Shown here in pieces: positions 50,569 to 62,178 of a stretch of DNA of 64,000 bases. Within the stretch, counting starts at the first letter, position 1. The number at the start of each line of letters is the position of its first letter. Source of the DNA: an uncultured Methanoregulaceae archaeon (lineage in GTDB: Archaea > Halobacteriota > Methanomicrobia > Methanomicrobiales > Methanospirillaceae); contig OY969564.1 of assembly GCA_963701095.1 (NCBI GenBank), positions 2,368,001 to 2,432,000 of the forward strand, given 5' to 3'. The position numbers were made by a program, and so were the translations under genes. Under the pieces are notes generated by a model, which ran no database searches, was not told where the DNA came from, and saw only the letters and a list, made by a program, of their open reading frames with translations.

Positions 50569-51179
50569 GGCTCTTCTGTGCGTTCCTGCTCTCGATTGCC
50601 GCTTTTGTCAGTATTGCAGGTGCTTCCCTGGTATTTGCCTGGTGGGTTGTTTTTACCCCGCGGTGGCACAGTATCCGGCATTACCGGGCTGTCTTAGCAA
50701 CCCTCCTTTTGTTTGCCATCGTATCTGCCGTAATAATACTCAACGGGAGCAACGGATTGTCGTATTTTGCCCGGATGACGGCAATCCTTCTTATCGGTGT
50801 CTGGGTATTTGCCGATACACGTCCCGGTGATTTCCTCGCCACCGGGACATGGCTCCTTGGCAGCCGTACCGGGTTTGAACTGGGTATGATCTCTGGTATG
50901 TCGCTGGAGATGGCCGGGGGCCTTTTCGAAGATTTTCAACGGATCCGGATGGCGTCGGTGCAGAAAGGGAGGCCCTGGAGTATCAGAAGTATTCTCCCTG
51001 CCGGCCGGATCCTTATCAGCGATACACTCCGGCGGGCCGACGATACCGCAGAAATCCTTGCCATACGGGGATACCGTGCCGGGGGATCACTCTGCCCGCA
51101 TTTCAGTACTCCCCCCAGAGAAATCCTGGCCTGCTTGTGTGCCACCGCCGCTCTCGTGGGTGCGTATCTCCTCCGCTAG
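50550..51179 (+). CDS. ECF T-component
   Basis: MQDPRVRL N-terminus, TMs, AIRGY motif. Confidence 0.8.
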   Translation: MQDPRVRLFCAFLLSIAAFVSIAGASLVFAWWVVFTPRWHSIRHYRAVLATLLLFAIVSAVIILNGSNGLSYFARMTAILLIGVWVFADTRPGDFLATGTWLLGSRTGFELGMISGMSLEMAGGLFEDFQRIRMASVQKGRPWSIRSILPAGRILISDTLRRADDTAEILAIRGYRAGGSLCPHFSTPPREILACLCATAALVGAYLLR

Positions 51180-51250
51180 TGTATTTTTTATACTTTACCG
51201 ATGATGTTTTGAGAGGCTAATTGTAATACCCGGAGCCCTCGAGGTCTCTC

Positions 51251-52995
51251 ATGCGTGCTGCCGATTCACGTAAAGTACTCATTACCGATACAACCCTTCG
51301 TGACGCCCACCAGTCACTGATTGCCACCCGGCTCCGCACCGAAGATATGCTCCCGCTCGCACGCGAGATCGATGCATGCGGTTTTTTTTCAGCCGAAGCC
51401 TGGGGTGGAGCGACTTTTGATACGTCCATACGGTTCTTAAACGACGACCCCTGGGACCGGCTCAAGGCACTCAAGCAGGAACTCAAGCATACGCCTATCC
51501 AGATGCTGCTCCGTGGCCAGAACCTCGTCGGGTACCGCCATTATTCCGACGATGTAGTCGACCGTTTTGTCGAAGCATCCTATAAAAACGGTGTGGATAT
51601 CTTCCGTGTCTTTGACGCACTCAACGATATTCGGAATATGAGACGCTCGATGTGGCAGGTAAAGAAACTGGGGGCACACCTCCAGGGCACCATCTCCTAT
51701 ACCACAAGCCCGGTCCACAGCACCGCAATGTTCATCACTATGGCAAAAGAACTCGCCGCCCTTGAATGTGATTCCATATGCATCAAGGATATGGCAGGGC
51801 TTATCATGCCCGAAGCTGCCCGTGAGCTTATCACCGGGATAAAAGAGGCTGTAGATATCAAGGTCTGCCTGCACAGCCATTCCACGAGCGGTATCGCTCC
51901 CATGAGTTACCAGGCGGCAATTGAGGCTGGTGTGGATATCCTGGATACCGCCATGTCCCCGTTTGCGATGGGTACCTCGCAGCCCCCGACAGAAAGTATT
52001 GTCGCATCTCTTGCCGGGACACCCCGGGACACGGGGATCGATCTGCTCAAGCTCCGGACCGTCAGGAACAACTGCATGCTGATCCGGGAGAAATATGCCG
52101 GGCTCCTTAACCCCATCTCCGAACGTGTGGACAGTAACGTGCTCATTTACCAGCTGCCCGGCGGAATGATCTCAAACCTGGTCTCCCAGCTGACCGAACA
52201 GGACGCACTCAACCGGCTTGACGAAGTGTTTGCTGAGATCCCCCGGGTCAGGGAAGATCTCGGTACCCCCCGCTGGTAACACCGACAAGCCAGATTGTCG
52301 GCACCCAGGCAGTTCTCAACGTACTGGTCAACGGCCAGCGGTACGCGAACGTAACCAAAGAGGTCAAGGATTATGTTCGGGGCCTGTACGGCCGTTCACC
52401 GGCACCGGTGAGCGATGCGATCCGTAAACTGATCATAGGCGATGAAGTCCCGGTTACCTGCCGGCCTGCCGATATGCTGGAACCTTCCTATAATCGTATG
52501 AAAGAGGAAGCCGAAAAGGCAGGCCTTGTTAAAAAAGAGGAAGACGTCCTCACCTACATCATGTACCCGGCAATTGCCCCTTCCTTTTTAAGAGGTGAAC
52601 GCCAGACGGAACTTATACCTGGAAAAACCGTAGCTTTGCCGCCGGCAGCTTCTGCCGGTATCCCGGACCAGATGGAAGTCGAAGTCGACGGCGAGGTCTT
52701 TTCCGTACGCATCGTATCAGTCGGCGGAACCCAGGTGCAGGTTACATCAGCGTCGCCCCAGAAAGCGCCACGGGGAGAAATTGCCGGTGGGATCCGGAGC
52801 AATATGCAGGGAATGGTGCTCCAGGTCATGGTCCACCGGGGCACGACCGTGAAAAAAGGCGATACCCTGATCGTGCTTGAGGCGATGAAGATGGAGAACC
52901 CCATCCACAGCCCGGTGGACGGCACGGTCACCGAAATTTTTGTCGATACCGGCGACGTCGTCCAGAACGGCGATGTCCTGCTGGTGGTGCAATGA
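51251..52995 (+). CDS. pycB: Pyruvate carboxylase subunit B; frameshift near 52263
   Basis: [39 protein letters not shown] (restored), biotinyl EAMKM. Confidence 0.93.
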
Positions 52996-54466
52996 AATTT
53001 TTTGAGAAGATCCTGATTGCAAACCGGGGCGAGATCGCGATCCGGGTCATGCGTGCCTGCCGGGAGCTTGATATTGACACGGTGGCGATTTATTCGTCGG
53101 CGGATAAAAATGCCCTCCATGTAAAATATGCCGACGAAGCTTTCCCGGTCGGTGAGGCTCACCCCTCCAAGAGCTACCTCAACATGGACCGGATTGTCGA
53201 CATCGCAAAAAAGAGCGGCGCCGAAGCAATCCACCCGGGCTATGGTTTCCTCGCAGAGAACTACCGGTTTGCAAAGCTCTGTGCAGACGAGGGGGTGACG
53301 TTTATTGGCCCCCGTTCAAAGACCATCAAGGCCATGGGCTCCAAGATCGGGAGCAAACAGATGATGAAAAAAGCCGGTGTGCCGGTACTTCCGGGAACCG
53401 AGGATGGTATCCGGGATATTGATACGGCAAAGAAAGTAGCGGCAGAGATTGGCTACCCGGTTATTGTCAAGGCAAGTGCCGGAGGTGGCGGGATCGGGAT
53501 GCAAATCGTGAACGATGAAGCTGCCCTTGAAGAAGCGATCTCCGGCAGCATGCGGATCGCCCAGTCCGCGTTTGGGGATCCGACCGTCTTTATCGAAAAA
53601 TATCTTATAAAACCCCGGCACATCGAGTTCCAGGTGCTCGCCGATGAGCATGGCCATGCGGTCCACCTGTACGAACGCGAGTGCTCCATCCAGCGAAGAC
53701 ACCAGAAACTGATTGAGGAAGCACCGTGTGCTATCATGACCCCGGAGCTTCGCGCACGCATGTCATTTTCAGCGCTCAAAGTAGTGGAAGCGTCGGATTA
53801 TACCAATGCCGGTTCGGTCGAGTTCCTGTACAGCAACGGGAACTACTATTTCATGGAGATGAACACCCGGCTGCAGGTCGAGCATACGATTACCGAGTTT
53901 ATCACGGGCGTTGACATCGTCAAGCAGCAGATTGCTATTGCATCGGGAGAGGCTCTTCCCTTTGACCAGCAGGATCTCTCGATCCGGGGCCATGCAATCG
54001 AATGCCGGATTAATGCGGAAGACCCGCTCAACAACTTTGCCGCTGACCCGGTAAAATTGTCCGGTACCGTTCTCCCGGTGGTCCTGGTATCCGGGTTGAC
54101 AGCGGTATTCATATGGGCTACATGATCCCGCCAAATTACGACTCGATGATCGCAAAGCTCTGCGCCTGGGACAGCACCCGGCCTGAAGCGATCATGAGGA
54201 TGCGCCGTGCAATCTCGGAATATATCATCCTCGGGATCAAAACAACGCTGCCCCTTCATTACGCGATTATGAACAACCAGCAGTTCATCGAAGGAAACAC
54301 CCATACTCACTTCCTGCAGGAGGAACATATCGGAAAAACCCTCGAGCGGTACAAACTCGATGAAGAGGCGCGAATGCAGACGCTTGCCGGATCGTTTTCG
54401 CAAGGGAACAAGGTGGCTGCAATTACGGCCGCGGTGAACGTCTACCTGCAGCAGAAAAAAGGCTGA
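52992..54466 (+). CDS. pycA: Pyruvate carboxylase subunit A (biotin carboxylase); frameshift near 54050
   Basis: [48 protein letters not shown]. Confidence 0.93.
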
Positions 54467-54533
54467 TACGTGCGCATCTTTCGTATCAGAACCTTTAAGA
54501 GTTTTTACGGTGTTGTAATTATGCACTTTTCGT

Positions 54534-54652
54534 GCTGCGGTGGCCTAGCTGGTTAGGGCGCCAGACTCATAGGGTTTGATTCATGCCGAAAAAAAACGGC
54601 GTGTGAACTTTGGGACATCTGGAGATCGTGGGATCGTAACCCACTCGCAGCA
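54534..54652 (+). tRNA. tRNA-Met(CAT), elongator type, with a 45-nt intron (54572-54616) at 37/38
   Basis: Acceptor GCTGCGG/TCGCAGC, anticodon stem CCAGA/TCTGG, CAT at 54568-54570, bulge-helix-bulge (CTCA/TGGG with TAG and ACA bulges); CCA not encoded. Confidence 0.92.
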
Positions 54653-54829
54653 TCACTCTTTTGTTCATGTATTCGTGCTCCAGATATTGTTCACAAAACT
54701 TTTTTTGGCCAAATATTCCCCCCGGAATACTATTTTGTCGTAAATCGCGGTGCATTTTCATATGTTCCGGCGATAAATTTATCAGCCTCGTAACATAAAC
54801 AAGAGTCTGATAAAGAGAGGTCAAAAATA

Positions 54830-55330
54830 ATGATCCTTTTAACGGCAGCAGTAGGAATAATCCAGCTCATAATCGCGGTCATTCTCGCGGTGGTTGCACT
54901 GTATATCGGGTTCTATGTCTTTGGCAGAGTTACCCGGGATGTCGACGAGCAGCAGGAACTTGCAAAAGGAAATGTGGCGTTTGGTATTGTTGTTGCCGCC
55001 ATTTTTATCGCTATTGCGGTCGTTGTCCAGTCCGGTATCACCGGCCTCTCGGTTGGCGTGAGTAAGGCTTCAGCGTATGGTCTGATGTCTGTTGACGGTC
55101 TGACCGTGATCGGTATTGCTATCGTCCAGCTGATCCTCGGTGTTGTACTCGCCGTTGTTGCTATCTATATTGCCCTGAGCATCCTCGACCATCTTACTAT
55201 CAATCTGCATGAGTTTGAGGAACTCAAGAAAGGAAACGTTGCCGTCGCTATCGAGATGGCCGGCGTTATCATTGCCGTTGCGCTGATCATACAGTCCGGT
55301 GTTGTCGGTATAACAGCAGCACTTGGCTGA
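54830..55330 (+). CDS. DUF350 membrane protein (two repeats)
   Basis: ELAKGNVA and ELKKGNVAVA repeats. Confidence 0.88.
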   Translation: MILLTAAVGIIQLIIAVILAVVALYIGFYVFGRVTRDVDEQQELAKGNVAFGIVVAAIFIAIAVVVQSGITGLSVGVSKASAYGLMSVDGLTVIGIAIVQLILGVVLAVVAIYIALSILDHLTINLHEFEELKKGNVAVAIEMAGVIIAVALIIQSGVVGITAALG

Positions 55331-55410
55331 AAAACAACCGCGGTCAATATTCTTTTTTTGATAATCTGTCTAAAAGCGTTTTTCTCTAGGGGTATTGAGA
55401 GAGAGACGGT

Positions 55411-56637
55411 CTATTTCCCATGCAGGTTGATAAGCCGGATAAGCTCAGACAGGCCTGCGATTTCCATTTCCAGCACGTCACGCCGGCTCATACCCATGCT
55501 GGTTTCCGCATCGGCGGTAAGCTGGTCGGGTCCCCGGATCACGGTGCGGTCCGTCCCGTCCCGGCAGAGGATTTCCTGTGCTTCCGCGTCATGGACAAAA
55601 GCCCTGCCGGGGATAATGACGGCAGATGCAAGCCGGGAACAATCAATCTCCCGGAGATCGTCTCCGGTAATCAGGCATGCGATCTCTTTTTTTACCGGAA
55701 CAACCGGGACAGTCGCACCGCGTGCCGATAAAATCTCACTGATAAAAGGTGCAGCAACGGCGCCGGTGATGACCGATGCCTGGCGCTGGACCCGGGGGAG
55801 TTTTTTTATCAGTGCCGGTTCGTGGAGGATGGCAAACGGTGACCCGATCTCCGGGTCCCAGAGAGGTGTACCGGAGATCTTCAGTTTATATCTGGTACTG
55901 AGATCACTCACCATGTCCCGGAACGATTCAACGGATTGTGCGGCACGGCCTTTAATGATCGGCGCGTTTTCGAGGATAAGTCCCTGGGCCGTGGTATTGG
56001 CAAACCGCATAAGGATAAGCCCTTTGGCGCCGCGTTCCTCAAGCCATGCGCAGGTGTGTTCGAGCACCTCGCCGTCATTAATCCCGGGGAGTACTACTGC
56101 TGCCGCATAAACGTCAGCTGCACCGCAGAGCCGATCGAGGATCGCAAGCGAGGCGTCCGGTGTCGGGTCATGCATCCAGCGTTTCCGGAGCGCCGGGTCT
56201 GCGGCAAAAACCGTAAACGAACATTCCGACAGGTTGTTGTCGATAAGGAGATCGGCGGTTTTTACATCGTCCCAGCCTTTACCGCTGGTATACCCGATAT
56301 GAAGTGGTGCTTCGGTTGCGCCCAATAGTTCTATGAGATCGGTAAACTGCGGGTAACAACTGGGATCGCCGCCGCCGCTGATGGTGATCCGGTCGAGATC
56401 GCCGGTTTTGGTTTGGAGAGCGGCAAGCGTTTCCTGGGCAATGGTTCTGAGGTCCTTAAATCCGGTATAGGTTTCCCGGACTCCCTTGGTACAGTAATCA
56501 CAGCCTTTTTTGAACGGGAGGCAGTACCGGCAACCGAACGCTTTTGCGGTCTTCACTTTTTTAAAATAACAGTATTCGCAGAACCCCCGGCAGTCCGCGC
56601 CTGCCCGACCCCCGATATCCACCGTCAGCTGCGCCAT
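55411..56637 (-). CDS. mmp10: Methanogenesis marker protein 10 (radical SAM MCR arginine methyltransferase)
   Basis: DIGGRAGADCRGFCEYCYF, CRYC...CDYC, ISGGGDPSCYP, KEIACLIT, PGRAFVHD. Confidence 0.93.
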   Translation of the reverse strand: MAQLTVDIGGRAGADCRGFCEYCYFKKVKTAKAFGCRYCLPFKKGCDYCTKGVRETYTGFKDLRTIAQETLAALQTKTGDLDRITISGGGDPSCYPQFTDLIELLGATEAPLHIGYTSGKGWDDVKTADLLIDNNLSECSFTVFAADPALRKRWMHDPTPDASLAILDRLCGAADVYAAAVVLPGINDGEVLEHTCAWLEERGAKGLILMRFANTTAQGLILENAPIIKGRAAQSVESFRDMVSDLSTRYKLKISGTPLWDPEIGSPFAILHEPALIKKLPRVQRQASVITGAVAAPFISEILSARGATVPVVPVKKEIACLITGDDLREIDCSRLASAVIIPGRAFVHDAEAQEILCRDGTDRTVIRGPDQLTADAETSMGMSRRDVLEMEIAGLSELIRLINLHGK

Positions 56638-56816
56638 TCGTTATAGTACAGTACACGTCCCGGTGCGTAAAAGGCATTTGGAATTAACCGCCTCATTCCG
56701 GCGTTTATCGGGAACATACATGGGCAGATTATTCGCCCGGAAAATTTGTGGCTGCGGTGAAGAATACATAAAATCAACGCCACATTTTTTTACCCTCGCG
56801 GTGTATTGTATATGGC

Positions 56817-56889
56817 GCCTCAGTGGCTTAGTTGGCAGAGCGGCTGACTTGTAATCAGCAGGTCCCGTGTTCAAATCACGGCTGAGGCT
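56817..56889 (+). tRNA. tRNA-Thr(TGT)
   Basis: GCCTCAG/CTGAGGC acceptor, GCTGA-CTTGTAA-TCAGC anticodon arm, TTCAAAT T-loop. Confidence 0.96.
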
Positions 56890-57052
56890 TCGTCTTTTGG
56901 CTGTTTTTTACCGGATTCAGGTATAAAGAGTATCTATAAAACCAATAATGCCGAAAACCAGTTCGAGCATGAATATATTCTCCTTTTCCGTTTGATTCAC
57001 GGGGAAAGGGGATTAGTCAGGAGGAAGGAGCATCGCTGCAGGCTCATCGTTT

Positions 57053-57955
57053 CTGGTATGTGAAGGGCTGACAAAGATCTATGGGGGGAGTCCCGTCCGA
57101 GCCCTGGACTCCGTCAGCTTCACCCTCCCCACCCGGGGCGTATTTGTACTTATCGGCCGGAATGGTTCGGGAAAGACCACCCTGGTCCGTATCCTGGCCA
57201 CCAACCTCGAGGCTACCTCCGGAACTGCCACACTCAACGGGTTCGACGTGATGTCGGAACCAGACCAGATCCGGGAGCGGATCGCAATTGTGCCCCAGGA
57301 GGCCCGGCCCATCCCCTGGATAACTCCCCTGCAGTCGGTGTTTTCCTATCTTCTCTGGCGGGGGCTTGGGTATGAAGAAGCGAAGAAAAAAGCTTCCGAG
57401 GTGCTGGACAAACTTAAGTTCGGTAAGAAGGCACGAGTCTTTAACCGCACGCTTTCCGGGGGCATGAAGCGAAAGGTGCTGATGGCCATGATCCTCTCCG
57501 CGGAAGCGGAGGTAATCTTCCTGGATGAACCCACCACCGGACTCGACCCCGTTGCCCGGCGTGAATTCTGGGAGGTGCTCCAGGAGGTCCGCAAAGACCG
57601 CTTCGTGGTACTGACTACCCACTACATGGAGGAGGCAGAACAGCTGGCGGATATGATCGGTGTACTGGACGAGGGTAAGTTGATCGCCCTTGGTACTATG
57701 GACGAACTGAGACGGCGGTTGCTGTACAACTACAGTGTGCAGCTGCTCTCCCTGCCGGAACTGCCACTTACCCTTACGGAGGGGGAGATGGTGAAGGGAA
57801 GGCACGATCTCCCGGTGATCCTGACGACTGAGGATGAGGCCTTCCGCATCGCCCAGAACCTGTCCCGGGAGGGAATTAAGTTCACCATCAATCCAGTAGG
57901 GCTGGAGGACATCTTCTTCTACGTACACCATGGGGGTGACACCGCTGGCAGGTAA
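57053..57955 (+). CDS. ABC-2 exporter ATPase (start uncertain)
   Basis: Frame extends 5' of the called ORF through CEGLTKIYG and GRNGSGKTT; LSGGMKRK, LDEPTTGLD, TTHYMEEA; no in-frame ATG upstream. Confidence 0.88.
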   Translation: MVCEGLTKIYGGSPVRALDSVSFTLPTRGVFVLIGRNGSGKTTLVRILATNLEATSGTATLNGFDVMSEPDQIRERIAIVPQEARPIPWITPLQSVFSYLLWRGLGYEEAKKKASEVLDKLKFGKKARVFNRTLSGGMKRKVLMAMILSAEAEVIFLDEPTTGLDPVARREFWEVLQEVRKDRFVVLTTHYMEEAEQLADMIGVLDEGKLIALGTMDELRRRLLYNYSVQLLSLPELPLTLTEGEMVKGRHDLPVILTTEDEAFRIAQNLSREGIKFTINPVGLEDIFFYVHHGGDTAGR

Positions 57956-58709
57956 GAACCCGACACGGAAGCGGAGCCGGCAGAGCCAGCTTTTGGCCGC
58001 GATCCTCGTGAACTCTGTGTACAAGATGGAGAACTACCCTGTCGTACTCCTCAACACGATACTCTCGCCCCTCTCAATTCTGCTGGTGATAGTACTGGTC
58101 AGCCGCGGCAGCCTTTTCGGGGTCGGTATCATGGGTGGATTCATCATGGCCATGTTCTCTGCCGGCATGGGCCTGTCCTCCGACCTTTCCCACCTGAAGA
58201 ACGATTTTAAGTTTCAGGATATGATCGTGAGCTCTCCCACCGGTTGGCTCACCTACATGATAGGCATCTCCTTATCTGAGATCGTCTACGCCATCCCCGC
58301 CCTCATAGTGCTCACTGTTCTGGCATACTTCGGGCTGTCCCTGACTCTGGCGAAAGTACTCGCATTCGTGGCGGTCCTGCTGCTTGTTTTTATCTCTTCG
58401 ATCTCGATTGGCTACACCCTCTCCACCTTCTCCAGCGACATCGTTCAGAGCTTTGCCTTCACGCGGCTGATCTCGACACTTTTCTCCACCATCCCGCCCG
58501 TGTACTATCCTATCACCTACATTCCCCTTCCTTTCCGCTATCTGGCCTACCTCTCTCCTACTACCTATGCGGCTGAGCTGGTCCAGGGGATTGGCGGGTA
58601 CCTGTCCCTTTCTTTGACCACAGTCATAATCGACTGGACTGTTCTGATCGCTGTTACGATTGCACTGTTCGTACTTGCAAAAACAAAGGCGCGGTGGAGG
58701 GAGGTTTAG
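57930..58709 (+). CDS. ABC-2 exporter permease
   Basis: Six TMs, PVYYPI..IP..FRYLAYLSPTTYA. Confidence 0.88.
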   Translation: MGVTPLAGKNPTRKRSRQSQLLAAILVNSVYKMENYPVVLLNTILSPLSILLVIVLVSRGSLFGVGIMGGFIMAMFSAGMGLSSDLSHLKNDFKFQDMIVSSPTGWLTYMIGISLSEIVYAIPALIVLTVLAYFGLSLTLAKVLAFVAVLLLVFISSISIGYTLSTFSSDIVQSFAFTRLISTLFSTIPPVYYPITYIPLPFRYLAYLSPTTYAAELVQGIGGYLSLSLTTVIIDWTVLIAVTIALFVLAKTKARWREV

Positions 58710-58811
58710 GAGGGCCGGAGTATAGGGTTGCGATGTACCTTGGAACAAAAAGGTCAACCAAGGCTGAGGCTTTCTTTTAAAATATTTTTCTCGTGATACG
58801 GGGAAAATTTA

Positions 58812-59087
58812 ATGTATTGGGATATTCATTATTTATTTATAATGGGGGGTAAATTTTTCACTATCAATAAGATTCTTTCAGGCTGTACATATCTCGCTGC
58901 TTTTCTCTGCTTTGGTGGCGGGCTGAGTTTGTTCAAAATCACCAATACCGGCCAGTTTTTGTTAACCGTTAACCAGATACGAATTGATTCTTTGGTAAGT
59001 ATTGATTTGCTCTGTCTTGCAGCAGCACTCTTATTGGAATCTGTTTATTTCTATTTGGACCCCCATAAAATATTCTCGACCTTGTGA
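58812..59087 (+). CDS. Small hypothetical membrane protein
   Basis: Two hydrophobic segments in an AT-rich region. Confidence 0.35.
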   Translation: MYWDIHYLFIMGGKFFTINKILSGCTYLAAFLCFGGGLSLFKITNTGQFLLTVNQIRIDSLVSIDLLCLAAALLLESVYFYLDPHKIFSTL

Positions 59088-59363
59088 AGTGACCGTTCAG
59101 GATTCGCTTCGTTTGACGATTCCAGGAAATATCTAACCTCTTTTTTGAAATATTAGGTCGCATACCAATCCTTAAGTATTTTATCTCATCTGTTTTCTAC
59201 CGAGATCAATATATTAGATTTCAAGGGATTGCTCGCACGATTTCCTGATAACACTGTTTTTAGCATGTCAAATAAATTCGTAATATTTATATACTAAAAA
59301 GAGAAATAATCAAAACATACAGTGTCATATCCAGCGTGGATATGTAATGGAGTGTTTGAAATT

Positions 59364-59807
59364 ATGTATACCAGAAACAATGAAGAGGCAGTATCACCGG
59401 TCATCGGCGTCATCCTGATGGTCGCCATCACGGTGATTCTCGCAGCGGTCATCGCTGCATTCGTGTTCGGCATGGCCGGGAATATCCAGAAGACCAAGGT
59501 CGTTGCGGCGACTGAGTCCCGTATAAATTCATCTTGGGTGACCGCCACCTATCAGGGTGGGCAGGATGCTGGATCACTAAATGGAATTGCGTGGCAAGTT
59601 AATGGTGCAAATGTTACGGTAGCTGTTCCAGGATCCACAACACTTTCATTATCCGGCACGCCAGAGAATTATGTATATGCAACAAGTGGTGGAACTTTGC
59701 CAATAGGTGCATTAATGTATGTTCCAGCTGGTTCTAATTCACATGTGACTGGTGTCGGATATTTCAGCGATGGAACCACACAGGTTATCGTTGACACCAC
59801 CCTCTAA
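59364..59807 (+). CDS. Archaeal type IV pilin (DUF1628)
   Basis: EEA/VSPVIGVILMVAITVILAAVIAAFVFG class III signal; YQGGQDAG. Confidence 0.93.
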   Translation: MYTRNNEEAVSPVIGVILMVAITVILAAVIAAFVFGMAGNIQKTKVVAATESRINSSWVTATYQGGQDAGSLNGIAWQVNGANVTVAVPGSTTLSLSGTPENYVYATSGGTLPIGALMYVPAGSNSHVTGVGYFSDGTTQVIVDTTL

Positions 59808-59987
59808 TCTTTTTTTTAATTCTTGCTTTCGTTCGCTGTTTTCCTTTGTCTGAATTGTTATTTGCGGAGTTTCCAACTCTGTATCAATCTTTAATGAAAA
59901 GAGCGACATCAATGCGAACATTCTCTTCATCTCTCCAATACCTTGAAATTATCCCGGATTTTATAGTAGGTACGAAAACGATTCACC

Positions 59988-61034
59988 ATGACAAAAAAAG
60001 CCTTTATTACTGGCATAACCGGGCAGGACGGGTCGTACCTTGCCGAACTTCTGTTAAGTAAAGGGTACGAGGTCCACGGGTTGGTGCGACGGTCATCCAC
60101 CTTCAATACGAGCCGGATTGATTCCATCTATGTTGATCCGCATGAAACCGGTGCCCGGCTCTTCCTGCACTATGGTGATCTCTCAGATTCCGAACAGATT
60201 GCAAACGTTATGTACAATATCCGACCGGATGAAGTCTATCACCTGGGGGCCCAAAGCCATGTCAGGGTCAGCTTCGATACACCAGAATATACAGGGAATG
60301 TGACAGCTCTTGGTACGACCCGGCTTTTAGAAGCTATCCGACGGAGTAACCAAAACGTGAAGTTTTACCAGGCATCCTCAAGCGAGATGTTTGGCGCAGC
60401 AAATCCACCCCAGGGTGAAGACACGCAATTCCACCCCCGAAGCCCGTATGCCTGTGCGAAGGTGTATTCCTACTGGATGACACGGAACTACCGGGAAGGG
60501 TATAACCTTTTTGCCTCCAACGGAATACTTTTCAACCACGAATCACCGCGCCGGGGTGAGACTTTTGTAACCCGTAAAATAACCCGTGCGATCGCCCGTA
60601 TCCTCGCCGGTACGGAAAAATATCTCTATCTTGGCAACCTTGATGCACGACGGGACTGGGGATTTGCGCCGGAGTATGTAGAGTGTATGTGGCGGATCCT
60701 CCAGCAGGACCAACCCGGGGATTTTGTAATCGGTACCGGAGAGACGCATTCGGTCCATGAATTCCTGCACGAGTCGTTTTGCTACGCAGGACTCGATGTT
60801 GAGGAACATGTTCGGATCGATCCACGATATTTCAGGCCGACGGAAGTGGAAGTCCTCATAGCTGATGCAAGGAAGTCTGAGAACGTCCTTGGCTGGAAAC
60901 CGGCGATAAAATTTGCAGATCTGGTAAAGATCATGGTCGATGCAGACTTGAAAGCAGCTGGACAAAAGCCAATAGGAAAAGGTGACGCGATTATCCGGAA
61001 AACCTTCCCTCAGCGTTGGTGGAAGTGCGACTAA
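59988..61034 (+). CDS. gmd: GDP-mannose 4,6-dehydratase
   Basis: [38 protein letters not shown]. Confidence 0.97.
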   Translation: MTKKAFITGITGQDGSYLAELLLSKGYEVHGLVRRSSTFNTSRIDSIYVDPHETGARLFLHYGDLSDSEQIANVMYNIRPDEVYHLGAQSHVRVSFDTPEYTGNVTALGTTRLLEAIRRSNQNVKFYQASSSEMFGAANPPQGEDTQFHPRSPYACAKVYSYWMTRNYREGYNLFASNGILFNHESPRRGETFVTRKITRAIARILAGTEKYLYLGNLDARRDWGFAPEYVECMWRILQQDQPGDFVIGTGETHSVHEFLHESFCYAGLDVEEHVRIDPRYFRPTEVEVLIADARKSENVLGWKPAIKFADLVKIMVDADLKAAGQKPIGKGDAIIRKTFPQRWWKCD

Positions 61035-61117
61035 GGCAATCCTGTTAACCAGAGAAAATCCCGTCACATAACGAACGATACATTTCAGGATCGTAATGGA
61101 CCAAAAACGAGGCAGGA

Positions 61118-62091
<974 letters not shown>

Positions 62092-62178
62092 AACGATATT
62101 TCCTGTTTATCAGTACTTTTCATGCCACCAGTTACCAGACTATAAGTAATGCGACGACAAAATTTCTGATAACAATTC

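Larger units (their letters stand above)
56880..58772. mobile_element. Candidate tRNA-anchored islet bounded by an 11-bp direct repeat
   Basis: GGCTGAGGCTT at 56880-56890 (tRNA 3' end) and 58762-58772; encloses only the ABC-2 pair; no integrase. Confidence 0.5.

Noticed and set aside
45198..54466. rtcB, pycB and pycA as true pseudogenes or programmed frameshifts
   Set aside because: Single-base indels in otherwise intact housekeeping genes with no other decay; read error is more parsimonious
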